DNA of 32,000 nt from Polynucleobacter sp. HIN11 (GCF_030297675.1 NZ_AP028142.1:1764735-1796734); one strand, 5' to 3'; positions 10,884 to 18,408 are shown, counted from the first letter of the stretch. The notes: generated by a model from the letters alone, not told the origin. Numbers and translations: made by a program.

Positions 10884-11876
10884 TTACGAAATATTCAGCG
10901 ATTTATTGGCGCCCTTCTCAATTGCCGCCATCCCCTCAGCCACCGAATATAGAGCGCGGTAGTCAAATGCAATTTTTGCCTTATTCATGGAGACGGAAAA
11001 TGGATAGCCCATAGTACGCACTGCTTCACGTACAAGTGGTGGGTCTCCTTTGAGTGGCAAATAATTCCATCCATTTTCTGTAAATCGTGCCAAAGGCCAA
11101 GCAAGCGATAGTGGGATCGATAGGGTTGGTACTGCATAGCCGCTGGCCTCAAGTCGTGCACTCAGAAATTCGCGCAGGGTCATTTGCTCCTCATCCCGAA
11201 TAAAAAATGCTCCGCTAGGAACATTTGCTATAAGAACTTGCAAGACTGCTTGGCATAAATTGCCGATATAACAGGTGGAATAGGGATAGCGACCGTGACC
11301 AAACCAACCAAACTGTCCACGATCTGCCGCGGGTCCGATTTGGCGATCGATGATGTCTCCATTACCCCAAACCAAGGCGGGTCGCAATGCGATTGCGGTA
11401 AAACGCTCTGATGCGCTCGATAGCACCAATTGTTCAGCTTGTGCTTTTGAGTGAGCATAATGCAATGAATCTTGATGGCAAATGGGAACGTCTTCTGTAG
11501 CATTTTCGATCGGCACCGAGTCATTGAGCGCCACATTTGCACAGCTCATGTAAATAAATTTACCAACGCCCACTTGAGTCGCAGCCTCAAGCAGTCGTTG
11601 CGTCAACTGAATATTCAGCCTCTGATAGAGCGATTTGGGGCCCCATAGCCCAACATGGGCCGCGCAATGAATCACGCAATCGTGACCACGAACTAAGGAT
11701 TGCAAATCATTCGTCGACAGAAAATCAATTTGGGTCGTATTGACCCCACGCCGATTTAAAGATTTCGCATCCGCCTCAGATCTGGCGGTGGCACTGATCG
11801 AGTAACCCTCCTCTAATAGGCGACTTACTAAATGCCGCCCAATAAATCCCATGGCGCCAGTGATCAATATTTTCAT
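10884..11876 (-). CDS. NAD-dependent epimerase/dehydratase family (extended SDR) protein
   Basis: The N-terminus MKILITGAMGFIGRHLV is a Rossmann GxxGxxG motif, and the length (~330 aa) is typical. I prefer the start at 11876 over 11906. Confidence 0.8.
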   Translation of the reverse strand: MKILITGAMGFIGRHLVSRLLEEGYSISATARSEADAKSLNRRGVNTTQIDFLSTNDLQSLVRGHDCVIHCAAHVGLWGPKSLYQRLNIQLTQRLLEAATQVGVGKFIYMSCANVALNDSVPIENATEDVPICHQDSLHYAHSKAQAEQLVLSSASERFTAIALRPALVWGNGDIIDRQIGPAADRGQFGWFGHGRYPYSTCYIGNLCQAVLQVLIANVPSGAFFIRDEEQMTLREFLSARLEASGYAVPTLSIPLSLAWPLARFTENGWNYLPLKGDPPLVREAVRTMGYPFSVSMNKAKIAFDYRALYSVAEGMAAIEKGANKSLNIS

Positions 11877-11922
11877 CTTTGCTATGCTAGCGTAATTCAC
11901 ATACATGGATGATTAATTACTC

Positions 11923-12243
11923 TTGAGTATTTACTGGATCTCACTACTTCTCGCTGGCGCTTGTGAAATAGGCTGGCCCTTAGGTTTGAAACTCGCCGAT
12001 CTTCCCAATATGAAAATTTGGGGCATTGGTATTGCTGTAATCAGCATGGCCCTTAGTGGGGTGCTGCTTTGGTACTCACTAAAGGAGATTCCGATTGGAA
12101 CCGCCTATGCAGTTTGGACATCGATTGGAGCTGTGGGTACGTTTACTCTCGGAGTTTTAGTTTTTGGTGATCCTAATATTCCGATTCGCTGGATTGGTGT
12201 TGCGCTAATTTTGCTTGGGGTGATCCTGCTAAAAATGGGCTGA
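11923..12243 (+). CDS. sugE: SMR-family small multidrug/quaternary-ammonium efflux protein (SugE-like)
   Basis: 106 aa with four TM helices. The N-terminus ...WISLLLAGACEIGWPLGLK carries the conserved membrane Glu. TTG start. Confidence 0.8.
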   Translation: MSIYWISLLLAGACEIGWPLGLKLADLPNMKIWGIGIAVISMALSGVLLWYSLKEIPIGTAYAVWTSIGAVGTFTLGVLVFGDPNIPIRWIGVALILLGVILLKMG

Positions 12244-12256
12244 TGCTTAATGCTTT

Positions 12257-13282
12257 CTAGCTCACAAACTCAATTTGCAACGCTTTCATGAGCTCACCAA
12301 CTGTAAGAGTTCGGGCTTTATAAAAAGCGCTGCCAGCCCATAGACTCTGATGCTCTGCATTATGTGAGCGGGCTGCTGCTTGGCGTAATTGGCCAGTGAG
12401 TGTATTTTGGATTGGGAACGGTAATGTCGACTTAGCATCCATGTGGCGAGTAAACGTATTCTCAACCCCCCGAGCCCAGCGCCCCGAGAAGCCTTTTGTA
12501 AAAATACTTGGTCGCGGATTCTCGTCTAAGAGAAGGGCCTTATATTCAGAAGAGGCTCCCGATTCAGGGCAACACAAAAATGCGGACCCCATTTGCACAG
12601 CACTTGCTCCAAGATCCAAGGCCTTTCGAATATCACGGCCATTCATCATGCCGCCGGCTGCAACCACCGGGATAGTGCAGCGCTTGACCAATTGATGCAA
12701 AAGATCAAATGTTGATAAACGCTCATCAGGACTATCGATCTCAAATGTTCCGCGATGGCCGCCCGCCTCAATGCCTTGAGCAACAATAAAGCTGGCACCC
12801 GCTTGCTCAATCTTTAGCGCCTCCTCAAGACTGGTTGCTGTAATTCCGATGGCGATACTAAGCGCCATGGCCCGCTGCATAAGCCATTCAGGCGGGATAC
12901 CAAAATGAAAACTAAGAACCGCTGGCTGCAACTGCCAAACGGGCTCTAATTGCGTTTCAAGATCGGGGAAAAAGGGTGGTTTTGGAACAACGAAATCAAT
13001 ATCAGGAGTCAATTCTTGAAGAAGCTCAATTACCTGCCCTATCGTTTTTGAATCAGGTAATTCGGCACTTGGAAATATGAAAAAGTTGGCATTAATCGGG
13101 CCTTGCGTTAATGACTGTGCAAGCTTTAGGTCGTGGCCAATTGTTTCGGGAGAACTATAAGCAAAACCGAAGCTTCCTAAACCGCCCGCATTAGAAACCT
13201 CCGAAACCAAGGCTGGGGTGGTAATGCCCCCAGCCATTGGCGCCTGAATCACAGGGATAGAAAGATTGGCGAATGAAAACAT
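12257..13282 (-). CDS. Nitronate monooxygenase (2-nitropropane dioxygenase family)
   Basis: 341 aa. PVIQAPMAGG at the N-terminus and a TIM-barrel FMN-binding pattern (VVAAGGMMNGRD, GASAVQMGSAF). Confidence 0.85.
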   Translation of the reverse strand: MFSFANLSIPVIQAPMAGGITTPALVSEVSNAGGLGSFGFAYSSPETIGHDLKLAQSLTQGPINANFFIFPSAELPDSKTIGQVIELLQELTPDIDFVVPKPPFFPDLETQLEPVWQLQPAVLSFHFGIPPEWLMQRAMALSIAIGITATSLEEALKIEQAGASFIVAQGIEAGGHRGTFEIDSPDERLSTFDLLHQLVKRCTIPVVAAGGMMNGRDIRKALDLGASAVQMGSAFLCCPESGASSEYKALLLDENPRPSIFTKGFSGRWARGVENTFTRHMDAKSTLPFPIQNTLTGQLRQAAARSHNAEHQSLWAGSAFYKARTLTVGELMKALQIEFVS

Positions 13283-13312
13283 ACTCTATCAATCCACCAT
13301 GAATACAGCCAG

Positions 13313-14167
13313 CTAAAGTCGCTTGCCAACAACGACTAATTTGGGGTCTCCATTGAGAGTGCCCCGCATTTGAGATCCATTCACTTGTCCATTAAACGAA
13401 TATTTTTTTTCATTGCTCTCAAAATCAAACCGAATCCCATCCCCCCGAATTCGGCCATCCTCAAATGCAATAGAGCGCTTACCTTGTGAGGTAATGCTGC
13501 CATCAAAGAACTGCTTTTTCTGGATAAACCGAATTGCGGTTTTATCTAAGCCAGGCAAACCCGCAAACTCCCATGTGCCATCAATATTTGCGGGCACGAT
13601 CCATAAATAAATGGTTTCATTTAATGTGCCAATCGTGGTCTCGCTCGATCTGACCGACACCTCTTGATCAGGAATCCAAGATTCCATCCGAAATGTATTG
13701 GAAACCACTCGAGTCCCAGGTTTCATCTTCAAAATCGTTGGCATCAGTCTTAAATTTAGGCTTTCACCCAAAAATAAAGTTAGAACTGTTGCTGATGAAA
13801 AGTCTTCTACAAAAATATCGCCCTGTTTAAAGGTCACCAAGTTTTGTACATTCTCACGAATCGCATTGCGCTTTGATAGCGCAACCAAATCGGGGTTGTA
13901 TTCAATTCCAACGGCACGAACACTATAGCGCTTGGCTGCTTGTATTGGAATGACGCCATCACCCGAGCCAAGGTCATAGACTATATCACCAGGCTTTACT
14001 TGCGCTAGTACGAGCATCTGCGTTGCTGTATCAACCCTCGTGGGTACCCACATAATGTCTTTTCCGTGGGCGGCCATTCTCAATTGAAATTGGTCATCTC
14101 CATAGTTATGTAACGCGCAACCGGTTAACAGTGAAATGGTGGATATGATGATGGCTAAAAGGCGCAT
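13313..14167 (-). CDS. Class I SAM-dependent methyltransferase, probable lipoprotein
   Basis: Lipobox LLTGC near the N-terminus and SAM motif I VYDLGSGDGV. Confidence 0.7.
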   Translation of the reverse strand: MRLLAIIISTISLLTGCALHNYGDDQFQLRMAAHGKDIMWVPTRVDTATQMLVLAQVKPGDIVYDLGSGDGVIPIQAAKRYSVRAVGIEYNPDLVALSKRNAIRENVQNLVTFKQGDIFVEDFSSATVLTLFLGESLNLRLMPTILKMKPGTRVVSNTFRMESWIPDQEVSVRSSETTIGTLNETIYLWIVPANIDGTWEFAGLPGLDKTAIRFIQKKQFFDGSITSQGKRSIAFEDGRIRGDGIRFDFESNEKKYSFNGQVNGSQMRGTLNGDPKLVVVGKRL

Positions 14168-14281
14168 AAATGTCCCAAAGGTTATTTTTGAGCATTGTAT
14201 GGGGAAGCCATCTACCCGGAGACAATAACCCTCTAGTTTTTAGGTTGAGCCAGTCAATAGTGTTTATTTAAAACAGAGCGC

Positions 14282-14680
14282 CTAAATCATCAATTGATAG
14301 AGGGTCCAACATAAATTCAAGACCACTAGGGCAATTAATGTATTGAATGTAAATTTCATGCCGAGCACACGCAAACTGAAATCTGGAGGCGGAGTATTGA
14401 TACCTTTAGCGTGAATTAAACGTCCAATAATCAGAAAAATTCCTGGCGCAAGAACTAACCACCACGGTGCTCCGTTTAACTCCAAACAGGCAATCATAAT
14501 AATTCCGAAAGGGACATATTCGGCAAAATTGCCCTGTGCACGAATTGCCCTCTCCAAGTCCTCGTAGCCTCCACTACCCAAGCCAACCTTATTCTTTCTG
14601 CGCAAACTAATCACATTGAAAGATAGCTTAATAAAAATAATGGTCAGAGTAGCAGCAATGATGGAGGTTACTAGTAGCAT
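14282..14680 (-). CDS. MAPEG-family membrane protein (YecN-like)
   Basis: 132 aa with 3-4 TM segments. RAQGNFAEYVPFGI is a typical MAPEG block. Confidence 0.7.
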   Translation of the reverse strand: MLLVTSIIAATLTIIFIKLSFNVISLRRKNKVGLGSGGYEDLERAIRAQGNFAEYVPFGIIMIACLELNGAPWWLVLAPGIFLIIGRLIHAKGINTPPPDFSLRVLGMKFTFNTLIALVVLNLCWTLYQLMI

Positions 14681-14793
14681 GTTGAGATCCTAGATAAGCT
14701 AAAGACGTTAACGTAACCCCAAAAGATCTAGAAGAGTGGCATATGGTTAATATTTTGATAAGTCGGTATTAAAAATCCTATGACTTCTCTGAA

Positions 14794-15282
14794 CTAATTA
14801 GAACTAGATTCAGGGCTTTGGTTAATCGCTCTTATATTGCGATAAGTTCGCATCATATCCATCATTACGGCCGTGCTCCAAGCAAAACAAAAAAGGCTGC
14901 TCATAGAGAGAACCACAGCAAGAATGCGATATCGGCTTGGTAAATTTGAAACGGCCCCCTCTGCCCCAATAGTCGTGTAAATACTACCAATCACAAAAAT
15001 TGCGTGATCAATACTGGTTGCTACTCCATGCTTTAGTCCCAATATAGAAAGTATTCCAATTTCACTTAAATGAATTAAGGCAAGGGCGGATAGGCCCATG
15101 AAGAAAAAAATTTCCATTCTGAAGTATTGATTTTTGGCAATCAGTGTTTTAGCGTGCCGGTGATATATAGATTGAGCACCCCACAAACATAGTCCGTGAT
15201 ACACGATTAATATGAAAAAGACTACGATAAATCCGATCAACAAACCAAAAGAAGATAAATCATCAATTGAAATTTCTCTCAT
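14794..15282 (-). CDS. Ion-channel-like membrane protein with a degenerate pore signature
   Basis: 162 aa. TM helices flank AIFVIGSIYTTIGAEG, which aligns by eye with the K+ channel pore-helix and filter pattern (xxTTVGYGD) but lacks the Y-G-D residues. Confidence 0.5.
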   Translation of the reverse strand: MREISIDDLSSFGLLIGFIVVFFILIVYHGLCLWGAQSIYHRHAKTLIAKNQYFRMEIFFFMGLSALALIHLSEIGILSILGLKHGVATSIDHAIFVIGSIYTTIGAEGAVSNLPSRYRILAVVLSMSSLFCFAWSTAVMMDMMRTYRNIRAINQSPESSSN

Positions 15283-15356
15283 TACGAGCTCTCCAATAAG
15301 TAATTCTTGTCGCTTATTACACCATTAAATAATGATGAAGCTCTTGTTTGCTGTGT

Positions 15357-15384
15357 AAAAAGAAAAACCACCCGAAGGTGGTTT
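15357..15384 (-). terminator. Rho-independent terminator downstream of tRNA-Phe
   Basis: The minus strand reads AACCACC-TTCG-GGTGGTT followed by TTTTTCTTTTT, 11 nt after the tRNA 3' end. Confidence 0.75.
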
Positions 15385-15394
15385 TGATGCATTT

Positions 15395-15499
<105 letters not shown>

Positions 15500-15632
15500 C
15501 TGTAGAGCTTGATAAATGTGTTAACTGTGTTGACTCTTGAGCGCGCTGTGGATCCTGTTGGGGTGGGAGTTCGCCATCCTGCTGACGGTGTTCTACATGG
15601 AACAACGGGCAGAGATATCTGAATCCTCTACT

Positions 15633-15809
15633 CTATGACGCGGCATTTGTTCGAACCATGGATAAACTCCGCTGACCTGCAGCAATTTTCTGTCGAGCAC
15701 GCTCTGCTTTGACTGCCTGCTGTGCTCGTTTAGCCTGAGCTTGTAGTGCTTTGATGCGCTGTTGCTCGGGTGTGGGTGGCTTTGCGGCTGTGATTTCTCG
15801 AATGATCAT
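15633..15809 (-). CDS. Possible small basic protein (58 aa), not in the ORF track
   Basis: My translation is MIIREITAAKPPTPEQQRIKALQAQAKRAQQAVKAERARQKIAAGQRSLSMVRTNAAS. Its ATG lies 2 nt after the stop of the 47-aa ORF upstream. There is no SD sequence, and the GC-rich context makes chance ORFs likely. Confidence 0.25.
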   Translation of the reverse strand: MIIREITAAKPPTPEQQRIKALQAQAKRAQQAVKAERARQKIAAGQRSLSMVRTNAAS

Positions 15810-15811
15810 GG

Positions 15812-15955
15812 CTATAACTGGGTAGGTATACCCAGCACGTTGTGAACACCAAATTGGGTTTGTAGGATCTTGATTGCAAAGTTCACGTTCTCAGCAAACA
15901 CGATGGTGGTCACTATCAATCCACTGGCACGAACGGTTGCACGAAATTGCTTCAT
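15812..15955 (-). CDS. Possible small protein (47 aa), not in the ORF track
   Basis: My translation is MKQFRATVRASGLIVTTIVFAENVNFAIKILQTQFGVHNVLGIPTQL. It is tightly coupled to the 58-aa ORF. No SD sequence is visible. Confidence 0.3.
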   Translation of the reverse strand: MKQFRATVRASGLIVTTIVFAENVNFAIKILQTQFGVHNVLGIPTQL

Positions 15956-16014
15956 ACAAATATTTAGTTATACGAATTACCAGCGTCCCAAATCTAGACG
16001 CTTATGTAAATCAG

Positions 16015-16051
16015 TCACAAAGGTTCCTGCCAATGTGGCCCACCTTTGTGA
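16015..16051. promoter_or_regulatory. Perfect 10-bp inverted repeat with a 17-nt spacer
   Basis: TCACAAAGGT (16015-16024) and ACCTTTGTGA (16042-16051). It lies between the hairpin cluster and the 47/58-aa ORF pair and could be an operator, an RNA stem-loop or a transfer/recombination site. Confidence 0.4.
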
Positions 16052-16080
16052 TGGGTTGCTTCGCCTCATCGGGCATTTTC

Positions 16081-16231
16081 AAAACTCGCCCCATGTGGGG
16101 CTGAAAAAGCCCGAACGCCCGGACACCAAAGCCTGCACTGAGCTCAGTGCTGGTGTCTATGGCTTGAGCTGCGCCGGGTCGTCGGGACTGGGCTGTCCCG
16201 ACTGCCGGGGCGCCTGCAGCGCCCCTCGCAA
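16081..16231 (-). ncRNA. GC-rich cluster of four perfect hairpins directly after the 146-aa gene (candidate structured RNA, 3' UTR or REP-like element)
   Basis: Four hairpins in + strand coordinates. GGGGCGC/GCGCCCC at 16207-16225. GTCGGGAC/GTCCCGAC at 16181-16202. GACACCA...TGGTGTC at 16122-16157, enclosing the 16-nt palindrome GCACTGAGCTCAGTGC. GCCCC/GGGGC at 16088-16101, followed on the - strand by GAGTTTTGAAAA (terminator-like). By my count 64 of the 90 bases in 16141-16230 are G or C. Confidence 0.3.
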
Positions 16232-16672
16232 TCAACGTCTAAATCCGCTACGCAAACTTGCACTGGCAGTTTCAATTTGAGCATCTAACTCACCTGCTTC
16301 CACTGCAGCTTTGATGGCGGTCAATGCTTTGACCAACTCCTCTCCACTTGCCACTTCCACACTGGGCTTGCCTTTGGCTAATTCAATGGTCCAGCTGCCG
16401 TATTTGACGGCCACACAGACTTTGCCAGTCTCGCTCTGAAACCACCAGGGCTTGATGCGCTTGGGCACTTCCACTTGCTTGCGCAGCCCTGTTTCACTGT
16501 CTTTGATTGAGCGGTATTTCATGACCACGAACGGTTTGCCATCGAGCTGGCTTTGTGCCAAATTAATCTGCTCCCACAGCTTGGTGGCCAGCTTGTTTCT
16601 ACGAATCACAATGGCAGGTATGTTACGTGGCTTTTTTACTGCGACCAACTTTAAGTTACTTAATGTGCTCAT
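16232..16672 (-). CDS. Hypothetical protein (146 aa) of an island-borne conserved family, function unknown
   Basis: Clean ORF: MSTLSNLKLVAV...RRNKLATKLWEQINLAQSQ...PKRIKPWWF...AVEAGELDAQIE. I recall very similar ~150-aa proteins in proteobacterial genomic islands, catalogued only as a DUF. That is from memory and unverified. Confidence 0.7.
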   Translation of the reverse strand: MSTLSNLKLVAVKKPRNIPAIVIRRNKLATKLWEQINLAQSQLDGKPFVVMKYRSIKDSETGLRKQVEVPKRIKPWWFQSETGKVCVAVKYGSWTIELAKGKPSVEVASGEELVKALTAIKAAVEAGELDAQIETASASLRSGFRR

Positions 16673-16724
16673 CTTCTTTCTCCTATTGGGTTAATGGGCA
16701 CATGTAGTTTGTTTTCGATCGCGC

Positions 16725-16746
16725 GATTTGGTCGACCTCTTTTTGG
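16725..16746. promoter_or_regulatory. GGTCGACC palindrome motif, copy 1
   Basis: GATTTGGTCGACCTCTTTTTGG. The palindrome centre is 61.5 nt upstream of the 146-aa gene start codon (16672, - strand). Confidence 0.35.
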
Positions 16747-17059
16747 ATTAATCCACAAAACCCCTCATTTTTTCCACGAAAAGTAGGGGTTTTCTTTGTG
16801 CGGACTAAATACTTTTGCGAGTTGCTTGGTTACAAAGTTTGGTCGCAAGAAATAAAGTAGTTGCGTAAGTGAGTTACTAAGGAGTTACTGGAGTGGCAAA
16901 TGAGTAACTCTGACTAGCGACAGCACGTGCAACATCTCTTTTGAGATCTGCAACACAACTCCTTGCAACGATCTTTTGATCTCGACTCCTTTTGTAACCA
17001 GCACAACCAGCTTCAAGCAACCGCACGAGAACTCAATCAATTTGAATAAGGAGAACGAT

Positions 17060-17509
17060 ATGAGAGAAATAGCGATTCGAGGATTTATTAACGAGAAGTT
17101 CAACACCACATTTGGTAAAGGTTTGTTTCGCAGGGCTGTTTATAACGGCTCTGTGGAACTGCATGATCCCAATCAAAAATACTTAGTAGACTACTTTTCC
17201 TATCGCGAGTGGGAAACACAAGCAAAGACAGATGAACAAATCCGGGTCATCAATGATTTGATCAACTCCGGCATTGCTCAAGAGAAGGACATGCTGTTCT
17301 CATGGTTGGTTCATTATGACCCATTGACCAAATCTAAAGAACGGGCTGAAGGCTACAGCGTGTATTCACCCAATACTCGCGAGCTGTTTATCAAGATCGA
17401 CGATCCTATCCATCAAACCCAAGATGAATGGACTCTGAATGTGCATCACTGCAAAGTAACTGGCGCAAATAAACCTGTGTTCATAGCTGCAAACGTTGAT
17501 TTAATGTAA
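17060..17509 (+). CDS. Hypothetical protein (149 aa)
   Basis: ATG at 17060 preceded by AAGGAG with 6-nt spacing; the ORF-track TTG at 16976 is probably not used. No recognisable motif. Divergent from the 146-aa gene. Confidence 0.65.
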   Translation: MREIAIRGFINEKFNTTFGKGLFRRAVYNGSVELHDPNQKYLVDYFSYREWETQAKTDEQIRVINDLINSGIAQEKDMLFSWLVHYDPLTKSKERAEGYSVYSPNTRELFIKIDDPIHQTQDEWTLNVHHCKVTGANKPVFIAANVDLM

Positions 17510-17530
17510 TGCGCTAACGCTAGCTATACG

Positions 17531-17686
17531 AAACCCCCTCAAAAACCGCCTATGCGCAATGATCTTTGGGCATCACAGCACCTAGTAGCTAGAAGGCATG
17601 CAAATAGCTTACAAGCGGATTTTGAGGGTTTATTTGCAATCTGTTGTCTAAATCCCACGATCAGTTAATGATTGGCGGGGTTTTTG
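17531..17686 (+). ncRNA. Candidate structured 3' UTR or small RNA ending in a Rho-independent terminator
   Basis: Long-range stem AAACCCCCTCAAAAACCGC (17531-17549) pairs with GCGGATTTTGAGGGTTT (17615-17631), about 16 bp with a CC bulge and an A-A mismatch, enclosing ~65 nt. It is followed by the hairpin CCCACGATCA-GTTAA-TGATTGGCGGGG (17654-17680) and TTTTT (17681-17685). Confidence 0.3.
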
Positions 17687-17769
17687 ACTAAATATCTATG
17701 CTGAACTAGCACCACATAAAAGTGCAGTTTTCTTTAAGTCATTGATTCTTGGAAGGTCTTTTTGAGTCA

Positions 17770-17791
17770 AATTTCGGTCGACCTTTTTTGC
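17770..17791. promoter_or_regulatory. GGTCGACC palindrome motif, copy 2
   Basis: AATTTCGGTCGACCTTTTTTGC. The palindrome centre is 62.5 nt upstream of the recombinase ATG (17842, + strand). Confidence 0.35.
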
Positions 17792-17841
17792 AAAAGAAAA
17801 CAAACTAAAGCGTGTTTTTTATTTAAACAAGGAACAATTAA

Positions 17842-18408
17842 ATGGCTCAAGCAAAAACCCTAACTACTGCAGAACTGGATGAAGTATTACGCTACGTTTC
17901 GACCAAAAAATATGCGCAGCGGGACCGCGCACTAATACTCACTAGCTTTTGGTCAGGCATGCGGGTGGGTGAGATTGCCGCACTCACTATGGGCGATGTC
18001 CTCAATGACGATGGCACCATCAAAAGCGAGATTCGCCTAAGTGCCGCGCAAACCAAAGGCCGCCATCCAAGAACAGTTTTTATTCCAGAAAAACTAAAGA
18101 CAGAATTGCAATCCTATATAGCAACACGCTATGCACGCTTGCCACAACTGCCATTTTTTCATAGTGCTAATCGTGTAGGCTTTTCGGCCAATGGGTTATG
18201 CCAGTGGTACTTTTGGACTTATCGCGCTGCTGGCATCTCAGGAGCCAGCAGTCACTCAGGAAGAAGGTCGTTTTTGACCACATTGGCCAATAAAGGTATT
18301 GGGGTTCGTATATTGGCCAGCCTAGCAGGCCATAAATCCATTGCAGTAACCATGAAATATTTGGATGCGAACGATGAGATGAAGAGAAATGCGGTTGAGC
18401 TAATCTAA
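17842..18408 (+). CDS. Small tyrosine recombinase (catalytic domain only, 188 aa)
   Basis: Catalytic signature residues are in order: GMRVGEIAAL (Arg), HSGRRSFLTTL (His-x-x-Arg), LAGHKSIAVTMKYL (His...Tyr). There is no N-terminal core-binding or arm-binding domain. AAGGAA lies upstream of the ATG. Confidence 0.85.
   Translation: MAQAKTLTTAELDEVLRYVSTKKYAQRDRALILTSFWSGMRVGEIAALTMGDVLNDDGTIKSEIRLSAAQTKGRHPRTVFIPEKLKTELQSYIATRYARLPQLPFFHSANRVGFSANGLCQWYFWTYRAAGISGASSHSGRRSFLTTLANKGIGVRILASLAGHKSIAVTMKYLDANDEMKRNAVELI

Noticed and set aside
10876-10892. The palindrome ATTTCGTA-T-TACGAAAT overlaps the stop codon of the SDR gene.
   Set aside because: The 1-nt spacer makes a poor RNA hairpin and there is no U-tract. 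It is AT-rich and short, so it is likely chance or at most a weak protein-binding site.
15537-15638. A 33-aa hydrophobic + strand ORF (MSALWILLGWEFAILLTVFYMEQRAEISESSTL if the TTG is used) that looks like a type I toxin peptide and converges on the 58-aa ORF.
   Set aside because: It needs a TTG start with no SD. It is only 34 codons in a CTG-rich, GC-rich stretch, where hydrophobic chance ORFs are expected. I saw no antisense RNA promoter or terminator features.
15870-16280. A 136-aa + strand ORF, with overlapping 76-aa (+) and 74-aa (-) ORFs, across the 15.9-16.3 kb gap.
   Set aside because: These ORFs run straight through the GC-rich palindromic hairpin cluster, have no SD or sensible start context, and overlap each other. 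High GC and palindromes generate long spurious ORFs on both strands. I treat the region as non-coding plus the short 47-aa minus-strand candidate.
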